The notes under the pieces: model-generated | What the model saw: only the letters and a program-made list of their open reading frames with translations | Databases searched by the model: none | What the model was told of the DNA's origin: nothing | Origin: an uncultured Verrucomicrobiae bacterium | Lineage (GTDB): Bacteria > Verrucomicrobiota > Verrucomicrobiia > Chthoniobacterales > UBA10450 | DNA length: 64,000 bases | NCBI GenBank assembly: GCA_963834385.1 | Contig: CAWIBO010000003.1 | Span: 1-64,000, forward strand | Reading direction: 5' to 3' | In this document: piece after piece, positions 17,944 through 27,940 of the stretch | Layout of the letters: the number at the start of each line of letters is the position of its first letter | Numbering within the stretch: the first letter of the stretch is position 1 | Translations under genes and position numbers: made by a program

Positions 17944-20227
17944 CTAGGCGCCGCGAATCCGGCCCGCGAGGTTGGCCACCATCGCGATCAGTTCCGAGGG
18001 TTCGACCGGCTTGGCCATGTGCAGTTGGAATCCGCTGAGGATGGCGCGCCGCCGATCCTCCGAGCGCGCGAAGGCCGTCAGGGCCAGGGCCGGAACCTCT
18101 CCTCCCTCCTCCGCGCTGAGCTGGCGCACCTGCCGGATCAGGGCGTAGCCATCCTCCCCGGGCATGCCGATGTCGGACACCAGCACGTCGGGTTTTCGTT
18201 CCCGCAGACAAACAAGCGCGGCCGCGACCGAATCCGCCTGGGCGACGGTGGCGCCGCAGGCGCCCAGAATGCGCTGGATCAAAACGCGCGCGTCGGTCTC
18301 ATCGTCGACCGCGAGGACATGGATACCGGTGAGATCGGGATTCTCCGCCGCCGAAGGGGCGGTCCCGCCGCCGGGATGGCGACGCTCGGGGTCGGTCTCG
18401 AGCCGCGCCGGGGCCAGCGGGAAGCACCAGCGTGAAAGTGGATCCCTGACCGGGCCCGGGGCTCCTCGCGAGAACGCTGCCGCCGTGCAATTCGGCCAGA
18501 TTCTTGACGATGGCGAGACCAAGGCCGAGGCCGCGTTGACGGCGGGTGGTGGAGGCGTCGGCCTGGCGGAAACGGTCAAAAACGTGGGGCAGAAACTCCG
18601 GGGCGATGCCTTCCCCGGTGTCGTTCACGCTGATCTCGAGGTGGGAATCGACCCGTTCGAGGAGGACGTGCACGCGGCCGCCCTTGGGAGTGAACTTGAG
18701 GGCATTGGTCAGGAGGTTCCAAAGGATTTGCTGAAGGCGGGCGGGGTCGCCCGCGATGGGGCCGGCAAGGGGATCGAGCACGGAAGAGAGCCGGATCTCG
18801 CGCGCCGCGGCGGTGGGCTGCACGGCTTCCATGGCGGCGCGGATCACGGGAACGAGATCGACGCGCTGGACATCGAGCCGGACGTTGCCCGAGACGATCC
18901 GGCTCATGTCGAGCAGGTCTTCGATGATCTGGGCCTGGAGACGCGCGTTGCGCTCGATGACTTCGAGGCCCTCAGCGATCTCGCTGCGATTTTCCGTGGT
19001 GCGGACGATGTTGGCCCAGCCGAGGATGGCGTTGAGCGGCGTCCGCAGTTCGTGGGAAAGGGTGGCCAGGAACTCGTCTTTCATGCGCGTTTCCCGCTCC
19101 GCCCGCTCGCGCGCCTCTTTTTCGCTGACGAGGAGCCGTTCCCGCTCGGCCTCGGCGGCCTTGCGCTGCCGGATCTCCCGCTGGGCGGCGTCGTAGAGGC
19201 GGGCGTTATCGATGGCAATGGCGGCCTGGGCGGCGACGCCGACGACAATGCGTTCGCTGCGTTCGGAAAACACGCCGGGCTCCGGATGCCCGAAGAAAAG
19301 TCCGCCGATGACGTCGCCGGCCCGCGAGGTCACGGGGGCGGCGAGGTAGCTGCGCACGGGGAGGTGCCCTTTGGGCATGCCGAAATGGGGACCCATGGTG
19401 CCGTAGCGGCTGTCCTTGGTCACATCGTCGACCCGGATCGGGGCTTCGCCGCGGAAGGTGGGACCAAAAAGAGCGGTGGCCCGGGGATGACCGAAGCGAT
19501 CGAAGGCCTCCTTGGGTGCACCGGAGAGGCTGTAGAGCAGGAGGGACTCTCCTTTTTCGTCGGTGATTTTGTAAAAGAAGGCGCCGAATTTAGCCCCGGT
19601 CAGTTCGGTGGCGGCATCGGTGACGATCTGGACGACCGCCTCGAGCTCGAGCTGGGCGGCGATGGCGCTCCCGGTGTTGTTCAAAAGTTGCAGCACCCTT
19701 TGTTCGTCGCGCAGGGTCTGTTCAATGCGGATGCGGGCGGTGATGTCGCGATAACTCCAGACACGGCCGGTGACTCGTTTTTCCACCCGTTGCACACGGG
19801 AAACCCGCTCGACCACGCGGCCATCGGTGAACTCGACCACATCGGAGGTTTCCGGGGGAGCCTCGGCATAAATTCGGGCGGTGGCGGCGCGGAACTCCTC
19901 CCCGTTCTTCACCCGGGAACAGGCATGCTCGAAAAGTTGCTCCCGGGTCAGGGTGCGCATCATCTCGCGCGACATGCCCCACATCTCGGCGAAGCGTTCG
20001 TTGTAATGCGTGATCACGCCTTCGCTGTCCACCGCGACGATGCCGTCGGTGGTCGACTCGAGCGTGGCCTTCATGATGGCGAGGGACTCGGCCAGTTCGC
20101 CTGTGCGTTTTTCCAGCGTTTCCTTGGCCCGGCGCAGCTCCGCCTCGGCCTTGTCCCGCGCCTGCAGCACGCTGGCCGCCGTTTTCAGGGCGGAGGAACG
20201 AAGGGCCTCTTCTTCCTTCCGATTCAT
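17944..20227 (-). CDS. Hybrid sensor histidine kinase (PAS-GAF-HisKA-HATPase-REC); frameshift near 18420
   Basis: FLATLSHELRTPL, NLLTNALKFT, DTGEGI and GLGLGL; the shifted frame has receiver motifs VLAVDD, DVLVSDIGMP and HMAKP. Confidence 0.92.
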
Positions 20228-21276
20228 CCCAGCTCCGCTGCGGCCATTTCTGTCCCCAGAACGCGGGCCCGGATCTTGGCGAAAGCGGTCTCGCGGCTGG
20301 TCGAGGTGTCATCGCAGAAGGGGGAGAACCCGCAGTCGTCGGTGGTGCCGAGTTGCGACACGGGAATATACTCCGCCGCTTCCAGGATGCGGTCGCGCAC
20401 TTCCTCGGGCGTTTCCAGGTGGGGATCGATAGGCGCCACCACGCCGACGAAAATCCGGTGCTCAGGCTTCATGTGCTGCCGGATGGTTTTCAGCACCCGG
20501 CGGCGATCTTTCTCCCCGGCCAGGGCGATGAAAAAGCTGCCGGCCTGCAGTTCGAAGAGGCTCGGCAGCAACTCCGCATAATCGACCTCGGCGCTGTGGG
20601 TGGAATCGCGGTCGGCCCCCGGGCAGGTGTGCACGCCGATAAGGCCGCGTTCCGAGGCGGAAAATCGAGCCAGCGCCAGATTGTTCAATTCAATGAAGCT
20701 GTTTAACAGGTTGCCGCTCGGGTCAATCTTGATCGCGAGGCGCCCCTCGGTGAAATCCACCTGCACGGAATGAGCTCCCGCGGTCAGGCAGGCGCGCACC
20801 TCCTTCTCATGCTCGGCCAGGAGGTCATCGAGGAACTGCTCCCGGGGATAATCGGCGATGCCTTCCTCGGGATACATCAGGCTCAGGGCCGAGGGAGCAA
20901 TCACGGCCTGTTTTACGGGCCGGTCCGTGAACTTCCGGGCGTATTTGAGAAAGCTGTCGGCGGAACGCTTGTAACGAAACGGCCCGGAAAGAAGGCGCGG
21001 CCAGCGCCGGGTATGACTGATGAAGGGAAGCTGAAAGCCGTCCGGCCCGATGTTATGCAAGCCGTCGACGCAGTAGGTCCCGAAGTTATGATATTTGCGT
21101 TGTTCGCCGTCGGTCACCACCGGGGAGCCGGTTTTCTCGAACTCGGCGATCGTTTCCCGGATGGCCCTCTCGTAGAGCGGCTCGAGGGCGGGATCATCGG
21201 GGTTGGTCTTTGAAAATGCCTCAATTAACCAGAGAGGGCGGGGGATGCTGCCGATCGGTTCGGTCGGTATTTTCAT
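20224..21276 (-). CDS. Cobalamin-independent methionine synthase II family (single-domain MetE-like)
   Basis: IGSIPRP, TDGE, VHTCPG and DDCGFSPF zinc-ligand motifs. Confidence 0.88.
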   Translation of the reverse strand: MKIPTEPIGSIPRPLWLIEAFSKTNPDDPALEPLYERAIRETIAEFEKTGSPVVTDGEQRKYHNFGTYCVDGLHNIGPDGFQLPFISHTRRWPRLLSGPFRYKRSADSFLKYARKFTDRPVKQAVIAPSALSLMYPEEGIADYPREQFLDDLLAEHEKEVRACLTAGAHSVQVDFTEGRLAIKIDPSGNLLNSFIELNNLALARFSASERGLIGVHTCPGADRDSTHSAEVDYAELLPSLFELQAGSFFIALAGEKDRRRVLKTIRQHMKPEHRIFVGVVAPIDPHLETPEEVRDRILEAAEYIPVSQLGTTDDCGFSPFCDDTSTSRETAFAKIRARVLGTEMAAAELG

Positions 21277-21405
21277 GCAATGTTGGGAATATCTAATTAT
21301 GCATCTCTCAGCCCCTTGACCAGATTATTCGCGGCTCCTCCTCCCGTTCGGTGGCAAAATCGCGCGGCTGGCGGGGTCGGTGAGGCTGCGTTATGCATGG
21401 GGACC

Positions 21406-21837
21406 ATGGAACCCGGCGGCCCGGTTGTTTATCGCGAGTTTTTGCCTGCGGATTACGAAGCTGCCGCGGCCTTGTGGGAACGTGCCGAGGGTGTGGAAAT
21501 TGCCGAGGGCGATTCCCAGGCGGAGATCGCCGCCTTTCTGGCCCGGAACCCGGGCCTGAGCCGCGTGGCCGAGGAAAACGGCGAGATGGTGGGGGTTGCG
21601 CTCTGCGGGCACGACGGACGACGCGGCTGGATTTATCACGTGGCAGTCCGGCAGGAAAAACGGCGGACGGGCGTAGCGCGCCGGCTGGTCGAGGAAGGTC
21701 TGCGCGGTTTGCGCGCTGCCGGCATCACCCGGGCCCTGATCCTGGTGAGCCGGGAGAACGAAAGCGGCCGCGCCTTCTGGCGGGGGTCGGGCTGGGAGGA
21801 AGTGGAGGCCGCGCTCCTGATGGGCGTGGATCTTTAA
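21406..21837 (+). CDS. GNAT N-acetyltransferase (YpeA-like)
   Basis: CGHDGRRGWIYHVAV..RRTGVA motif. Confidence 0.85.
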   Translation: MEPGGPVVYREFLPADYEAAAALWERAEGVEIAEGDSQAEIAAFLARNPGLSRVAEENGEMVGVALCGHDGRRGWIYHVAVRQEKRRTGVARRLVEEGLRGLRAAGITRALILVSRENESGRAFWRGSGWEEVEAALLMGVDL

Positions 21838-23774
21838 CCGGCGGCGCAGAGCTTTTGGAAAGCGGGTTCGTTCCGCAACGGGTCCCATTCCCGCTCCGCC
21901 CGGAGGAAACCCGAGGTGGGGCCGCCCGGGAGACGGTGCAACGATTCGAGGAGCGCGAGCGCGCGCTTTTTTTCGCCCGCCTGCAGGAGGATGACGGCAA
22001 AATTGGTGGCGACGAGCGGACCGTCGATGGCATCGAGGCCGGGCGGGAGAAGGGCGGCGGCGCGTTCGCCCAGGCGGACGGCCTCCTCGTTGTCCCCGAG
22101 GGCGGCCAGGATCAGGCCGAGCATGACCATGGTCTTTTCATCCTCGGGCCATTTGGCGAGATCTTCGGCGACTTCGTCGCGGGCGGCGGCGAAGGCTTCG
22201 CGGGCGGCGGCTTCCGCACCCCGGCCGCGGGCGATCAGGCCGCGATACCAGGCGCGCGGAATGGTATAACCGTCGAGAGCGCCGGCCAGACCGCTCAGGC
22301 CGGTGTCATTGCACCAATTATCCGAGGAGGCATTGAGGCGCGCCTCGGCCCGGTCGTAATCGCGCTCCATCAAGGCCACGCGCACCGCGATGCTGGTGAC
22401 GGCGCCGCCCGGATCGAAGCCCGCGGGGATTTTTTTCAAGACTTCGCAGAACGGCCCGGTCAGGCCGTCGCGCCGCAGCGCGATGCCCGCGCCGACGAGG
22501 GCGAGGAAATGGGCCTGGGGAAAAATGGCAAGGGCCTGGTCGATGACCTCCTGGGCGTCGTCGTAGCGTTTCACGAAGATGAGGGTCTCGAGGAGGTTCC
22601 AGAGTGAGGCGAGGTTGCGCGGATCGAGGGAGGAGGCCCGTTCCAGTTGTGCCACCGACTCATTCCATCGTCCCTGGCGGCGGGCGATGATGCCGAGGGC
22701 GCCAACGACTTCGGCGTCGTTGGGGGTGGCGCGGAGAGCGGGATCGAGTTCCTGCAGGGCGCGCCCGTAGTCGCGGGCCGAGTAATAATGATAAAATCCG
22801 CGCGCCAGATGTCCTTCGCCGAGCCCGGGCTGGAGCTGGAGGGAGGTCTCGGCTGCCTGGCGCGCCTGCTCGAGGCGAGCCGGTCGTTTGTCGCAGCCGA
22901 ACCAAAAGACTTCCGCGTGAATGCGGGAGATGAGGGCATGGGCGAGGGCAAAGCGGGGATCGCGCTCGATGGCGCGCTCGAGCAGGGGCAGGGCCCGGTC
23001 GCTGCTCTCCTGCGCGTCGCCCACGCCGCTCCAGTGAAAAATATCGCGGGCCCGGAGATAAAGCTCGTAGGCGCCGAGATCGGCCGTGGGGGATTGCTGG
23101 ATGTTCGCCCTTTCTCGCGGGGAAATTCTGGCTCGGAGCGCGAGGGTGATGTTTTCCGCGAGTTCGCTTTGCAGCTTGAAGAGATCGGTCAGCTCGCGGT
23201 CAAAGGATTCCCCCCAGACCTGCGCTTCCGTGCGGGCGTTGATGAGCTGCGCGTTGACCCGCACGCGGTTGCCGGCGCGGCGGACGGTCCCCTCGAGGAT
23301 GTGGGCGACACCGAGCGATTCCGCGATCAGGCGAAGGTTGCGGGCTCCGGTGCGAAACTGCTGCACGGAGGTGCGGCTGATGACCTTGAGATCCGCGACG
23401 CGGGCCAGGTTGGTCAGGATATCATCGTGCATCCCGTCGGCGAAATAGGCGTTCTGCGGATCGTCGCTCAGGTTCTCAAACGGGAGCACCGCCACGCTCT
23501 TTTCCGGGATGGCCTCCGGGGTCCGCGCCGGCAGATCGTCCGTGCGCTGAATCCCCGCCGGGGTCATGTCGAAAAGCCAGGAAAGGACCATGGCAAGGGG
23601 AAAGCCGGCGCAGACGCCGACGATGACAAGGCGCACCGTCCAGTCCGGGATGTCGAGAAAGGGAAAGGTCTGGGTGACCACCTGGATGACGACCCAGGCG
23701 GCGACGATATAGGCGGCTGCGACGCGGTAGACCTTGCGCCGTTGTAGTTCGCGAAAGAACCTGCGGACGTCCAC
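21834..23774 (-). CDS. Membrane-anchored TolB-like N-terminal domain / TPR protein
   Basis: FFRELQRRKVYRVAAAY, two TM segments, KSVAVLPFENLS..YFADG, KVISRTSV and TPR repeats; GTG start inferred. Confidence 0.85.
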   Translation of the reverse strand: MDVRRFFRELQRRKVYRVAAAYIVAAWVVIQVVTQTFPFLDIPDWTVRLVIVGVCAGFPLAMVLSWLFDMTPAGIQRTDDLPARTPEAIPEKSVAVLPFENLSDDPQNAYFADGMHDDILTNLARVADLKVISRTSVQQFRTGARNLRLIAESLGVAHILEGTVRRAGNRVRVNAQLINARTEAQVWGESFDRELTDLFKLQSELAENITLALRARISPRERANIQQSPTADLGAYELYLRARDIFHWSGVGDAQESSDRALPLLERAIERDPRFALAHALISRIHAEVFWFGCDKRPARLEQARQAAETSLQLQPGLGEGHLARGFYHYYSARDYGRALQELDPALRATPNDAEVVGALGIIARRQGRWNESVAQLERASSLDPRNLASLWNLLETLIFVKRYDDAQEVIDQALAIFPQAHFLALVGAGIALRRDGLTGPFCEVLKKIPAGFDPGGAVTSIAVRVALMERDYDRAEARLNASSDNWCNDTGLSGLAGALDGYTIPRAWYRGLIARGRGAEAAAREAFAAARDEVAEDLAKWPEDEKTMVMLGLILAALGDNEEAVRLGERAAALLPPGLDAIDGPLVATNFAVILLQAGEKKRALALLESLHRLPGGPTSGFLRAEREWDPLRNEPAFQKLCAAG

Positions 23775-23887
23775 GACCCGGAGGCTAGCGGGGGGAACGC
23801 CGGAATGGAAAACCAAACCGCGGTAGACCTGGCGAGCGGATTTCTTTGGGTTTAAGAATCGAAGGTGGTTATGGTCCGGCGGTGAGT

Positions 23888-24643
23888 GTGAAGGAACCGG
23901 ATGTGGCCTCGGCGGTGCCACGCCATCTCGACGCCTTGCCGCGGCTGGACGGCTTCAGGCTGCGGGGAATCGAGATGACGCGACTGGAGACGTTTATCGA
24001 TGCCGCTTTCGCCTTCGCCATCACCATGCTGGTGATCGCGGGGGACCAGGCGCCCAACAGCCTCGGCGAAGTTCTCGCTGCTTTCCGGGACGTGCCGGCC
24101 TTTGTCGCCAGCATCGCCGTGCTCGGCAGTTTCTGGCGCGGCCACTGGCTTTGGAGCCGCCGCTTTGGCCTGGAGGATGGACGCTCCATCACCATCAGTT
24201 GGGGGCTTCTCGTGACCATTCTGATCTATATTTATCCGCTTAAGATCGTCTTCAACGGGATGTGCTTTTTCCTGACCGACGGCGCGGTCGGGCGGCCCAT
24301 GGGCGCGACGACGGCCGAGGAGGTGCGGCAGATTTTCGCGCTGTTCGCGGCGGGATTCACCACGATCTCCGTCGAGATTCTGCTGCTCAACCTGCGCGGA
24401 TGGCAACTGCGCGAGGAACTGCGGTTGAACGATCACGAACGGACGCTGACCCGCCGCGAAGTGGCCGGCTGGTTCCTGCCCGTGGCGGTGGGGTTGATTT
24501 CCCTCGGCCTGGCCCTGCTTCTCCCCATCCGGTTTATCGCCTGGAGCGGCTGGATTTATGGCTCGCTTGCCGTGCTCGTGCCGCTGCATCGGGCCCTGTC
24601 GCAAGGCCACCGGCGTTCGGGAGAAAACCCGGGCGAAGGATAG
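23888..24643 (+). CDS. TMEM175/DUF1211 family membrane protein (K+ channel-like)
   Basis: RLETFIDAAFAFAITMLV and W..H motifs; about six TM segments. Confidence 0.8.
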   Translation: MKEPDVASAVPRHLDALPRLDGFRLRGIEMTRLETFIDAAFAFAITMLVIAGDQAPNSLGEVLAAFRDVPAFVASIAVLGSFWRGHWLWSRRFGLEDGRSITISWGLLVTILIYIYPLKIVFNGMCFFLTDGAVGRPMGATTAEEVRQIFALFAAGFTTISVEILLLNLRGWQLREELRLNDHERTLTRREVAGWFLPVAVGLISLGLALLLPIRFIAWSGWIYGSLAVLVPLHRALSQGHRRSGENPGEG

Positions 24644-24740
24644 CCTCGGCCCGCCTCCCTCCCGGTCGACAGGCGCTGCAAAAAACGGTGTTCAGGTTCC
24701 CGTCTTCGCCATCATCCGCCCACTGCGACGAAATTTCGCC

Positions 24741-27700
24741 TCAAAGTGGAATGCAAGTGCTGGGAGAGCCGATGCAGATGAAGCCTTCCTCCACCGAACA
24801 GGTGGCCGAACAGCCGTCAGCGGCGTCAGTGTTCCCGTCATCACACTCTTCGGAGCCCTCAACGATGCCGTTGCCGCATGTGTCCGCCTCCACCGAGCAG
24901 TTGGAGTCGCAGCCATCGCCGCTGACGGTGTTGCTGTCATCGCAGGTTTCTGAACCGGTGACCATGCCATCGCCGCAAATCGCCGTGCAGGCGCTGGGAG
25001 TGCCGGTGCAGGAGTAACCGGCTTCCACGGAGCAGCTGGAGTCACAGCCATCGCCGGAGACGCTGTTCCCGTCATCGCAGGTTTCCGCACCCGCCACGAT
25101 GCCATCGCCGCAGATCGCGGTGCAAGCGCTGGGAGTGCCGGTGCAGGAGTAACCGGCTTCCACGGAGCAGTTGGAGTCACAGCCATCGCCAGAGACGCTG
25201 TTCCCGTCATCGCAGGTTTCCGCACCCGCCACGATGCCGTCGCCGCAGATCGCGGTGCAGGCGCTGGGAGTGCCCGTGCAGGAGAAGCCTTCTTCTTCCG
25301 TGCAGTTGGAATCGCAGCCATCACCGGGGACGTTATTGCCGTCATCACAGGTTTCTGAACCGGCCACGATGCCATCGCCGCAGACCGGCGTGCAGGCGCT
25401 CGGCACGCCGGTGCAGGAATAACCGACTTCGACGGAGCAGACGGAGGCGCAGCCATCGCTGGACGTCGTGTTGCCATCGTCGCAGGTTTCACCCATCTCG
25501 ATGATCCCGTTGCCACAGGGCGGCGGGAGCGGATCCAGCCGATAGCCTTCGACAAGGCCAATCCCGGTGGTGTTGTTTTTGCCGCGCAGAATGGCGGTGT
25601 AATGGCCTGCTTCCGGGGTGATCAGGATGGCACTTTCCTCCGGGTCGAGCGGGGCGAGCCCGGTGGCCGCAATTTCCGCGCTGTTCGGCGCCTCCATCCA
25701 GTCGTCATTGAAGAGGAGGGAATTCCCGTTGGCATCGTAGAGCTGAAGAGTGGGATCCTGCAGGGGGCCGGGGACGCCATGGGCCGCCAGGGTGGGCCCG
25801 ATGCCGCGGAGAAGCAGTCTCCCGCGATCGCCACCGCTGATGATGGTGCCTCCGATGAGAACGTCATCGCCCGTGCCAACCTTCGCGCGGGTGGAGATGT
25901 TCGCCAGGTGCGATTCGGCGCGGTTGCCTTCCAGATCGTAAACTTCCACCAGGCCGATCCCGGTGGTGCTGGAAACTCCTTCCAGGAAGACCGTGTAGTT
26001 GCTGTCGGAATCGAGGTCGACCAGGAGGGCCGCCTCGGCATCGTTCGTCGGGGCAAGACCGGTCGCGATGATTTCGCTCTCCTGGGTATCGCGCCAGTCG
26101 TCGTTGAAGGCGAGCATGTCGCCGTTGCCGTTAAAGAGCTGGAGGGTCGGATCCATCAGACGACCCGGGAACGGCACACTGGGCGCGCTTTCGAGCGAGG
26201 GGCCGAGCCCGCGAATGAGGAGCTGCTTTGTTACGAGAGGAGGAGCGGCGCGCGCCAGCTCGACGCGATCGACGGTGAGGGCCAGCCCCGGTTTGCTCAT
26301 TTTGCTGGTGCGGAGCCTGCCATCGCCGCGCATCTCGGTCAGACAGATTCCGCTGTCTTCCGTCCGAATGATGAAACCGGCAATGGCGATTTCGTCGCCG
26401 GTCCCCACCTGGGCGCGGCTGGAGATATTAAGGAATTGCTGGTCGCCGGGCGGCGCCAACCGGGCCACGAAGACATCCTCCGACGCCGAGAAGGCGCGGA
26501 CAGGATCGCCCCAGGTGGTGGTGCTGTAGCCGATGAAATAGAGGTTGTTTGCGCCGTCGAGTCCCAATCCGCGGCCGGGCGAGACGGCATCACCGCCCAC
26601 AAAAGTGTTCCAGAGAAGAACGCCGGTGTCGGGCTCCAGTTCGGCCGCGAACGCCGCACTGGTCCCCGCGAAAGGCGATTCGGGGACGCCCCAGCTGTTG
26701 CGGCTGTCCCCGCCCACGAAAACGTTGCCCGCCGTGTCGAGTGCGATGTCCCAGCCGTCGTCAAATCCTGCCGCGCCGAGGAAGGTATTCCAGGCCAGGT
26801 TCCCATCCGCGTCGAGCCGGGCGGCAAAGGCATCGGTGCCCTCGTCATACGGACGGATCGCCATGCCCCAGTCGCCCCCGCTATTCCCGGTGACGTAGAT
26901 GTTTCCCAGCGCATCGAGCGTAAGCTCCCGCCCGGAATCAGTCGCCGTCCCGCCCAGAAAGGTATGCCAGAGAAGAGTGCCGGCGGAATTCAATTTGGCC
27001 ACCAGCACGTCGAACCCGCCCCCCAGGGCGCGCACCGGCATCCCGAAGGTCGCGCTGGCATCGCCGACGAGGTGGACGTTGCCGCCACCGTCCACGGAGA
27101 TTCCCCGACCGAAATCGTTCTCCGCGCCCCCGACAAAGGTGTTCCAAAGAAGGGCGCCATCGGTGGTCAGTTTCGCCACAAAAATATCGGCCTCGCCCAC
27201 GGTGGGGCTGACCGGCATGCCCCAGGTGGCCAGGCTCCAACCCGTGACATGAACGTTCCCGCTCCCATCAACATCAAGACCGAGAACAGTGTCGCTCTCC
27301 GAACTGCCGAGAAAGGTGTGCCAGAGGAGGGCACCGTCGTTATCGAGCTTGGCCGCAAATGCGCCCCCGACGTACGAGCTCAGCGGCATCCCCCAGGTGG
27401 CCTGGCTGCCGCCACCCACATAGATGTTTCCACCGGCATCAAGGTCGATGGCGTAGCCACCGTCTGAAGAAGCACCGCCCAGAAAGGTGCTCCAGACAAG
27501 GTTGCCGTCCGTATCCAGTTTCGCCACGAACGCATCCGACTCACCGCCGAATCCCGTCAGGGGAGTTCCCCAGGTCGCGTAGCTTGTCCCCACGACGTAA
27601 GCATTCCCGCTGGCGTCAAAAACCACGCCGTTCGGGCTGTCTTCCCCGGTCCCGCCGAGAAATGTATTCCAGTCGAGCGGCTGCGCGGACACGGCGGGCG

Positions 27701-27767
27701 CCGTGGCCAGGCAGCAGAAAGCAAACAGCAGGGATTTCGCGACAGCGGTGAAGCGGGAACAATTCAT
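24741..27767 (-). CDS. Secreted SBBP beta-propeller protein with paired NISTR domains and C-terminal cysteine-rich (Myxococcus-type/DUF4215-like) repeats
   Basis: Signal peptide; seven W.TFLGG..D.SGN.YV.G..DAFVAKL repeats; LNISSR and LANISTR; six CG(D/N)G..E.CDDGN...DGC repeats. Confidence 0.88.
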   Translation of the reverse strand: MNCSRFTAVAKSLLFAFCCLATAPAVSAQPLDWNTFLGGTGEDSPNGVVFDASGNAYVVGTSYATWGTPLTGFGGESDAFVAKLDTDGNLVWSTFLGGASSDGGYAIDLDAGGNIYVGGGSQATWGMPLSSYVGGAFAAKLDNDGALLWHTFLGSSESDTVLGLDVDGSGNVHVTGWSLATWGMPVSPTVGEADIFVAKLTTDGALLWNTFVGGAENDFGRGISVDGGGNVHLVGDASATFGMPVRALGGGFDVLVAKLNSAGTLLWHTFLGGTATDSGRELTLDALGNIYVTGNSGGDWGMAIRPYDEGTDAFAARLDADGNLAWNTFLGAAGFDDGWDIALDTAGNVFVGGDSRNSWGVPESPFAGTSAAFAAELEPDTGVLLWNTFVGGDAVSPGRGLGLDGANNLYFIGYSTTTWGDPVRAFSASEDVFVARLAPPGDQQFLNISSRAQVGTGDEIAIAGFIIRTEDSGICLTEMRGDGRLRTSKMSKPGLALTVDRVELARAAPPLVTKQLLIRGLGPSLESAPSVPFPGRLMDPTLQLFNGNGDMLAFNDDWRDTQESEIIATGLAPTNDAEAALLVDLDSDSNYTVFLEGVSSTTGIGLVEVYDLEGNRAESHLANISTRAKVGTGDDVLIGGTIISGGDRGRLLLRGIGPTLAAHGVPGPLQDPTLQLYDANGNSLLFNDDWMEAPNSAEIAATGLAPLDPEESAILITPEAGHYTAILRGKNNTTGIGLVEGYRLDPLPPPCGNGIIEMGETCDDGNTTSSDGCASVCSVEVGYSCTGVPSACTPVCGDGIVAGSETCDDGNNVPGDGCDSNCTEEEGFSCTGTPSACTAICGDGIVAGAETCDDGNSVSGDGCDSNCSVEAGYSCTGTPSACTAICGDGIVAGAETCDDGNSVSGDGCDSSCSVEAGYSCTGTPSACTAICGDGMVTGSETCDDSNTVSGDGCDSNCSVEADTCGNGIVEGSEECDDGNTDAADGCSATCSVEEGFICIGSPSTCIPL
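24750..25516 (-). repeat. 135-bp tandem coding repeat (45-aa Cys-rich unit), about six copies
   Basis: Equivalent positions at 24961, 25096, 25231, 25366 and 25501; central copies nearly identical at the DNA level. Confidence 0.92.
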
Positions 27768-27940
27768 AAGAGCAGCCTTTTTGCAGGTTCTTCCCGCCCC
27801 GTGATTCGCTGGAACAGTGCCACTCCCTCTTATCTCCCGGCCCTCCTGACGAGTCGTCGGAGAACGGATGAGCGGGATTTATCGGAAAGCGGCAATCAGG
27901 TCAATGCCGATGTGGACCCTCTGCGGCCCGGCCTTCCCGG

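Noticed and set aside
2699..20581. Long opposite-strand ORFs (e.g. 2699..4708, 12982..15015, 18164..20581)
   Set aside because: These are antisense shadows of real genes in high-GC DNA, with no recognisable motifs.
24750..25516. Tandem repeat as a CRISPR array or DGR template/variable pair
   Set aside because: It is an in-frame 135-bp coding repeat without unique spacers, and there is no reverse transcriptase in the window.
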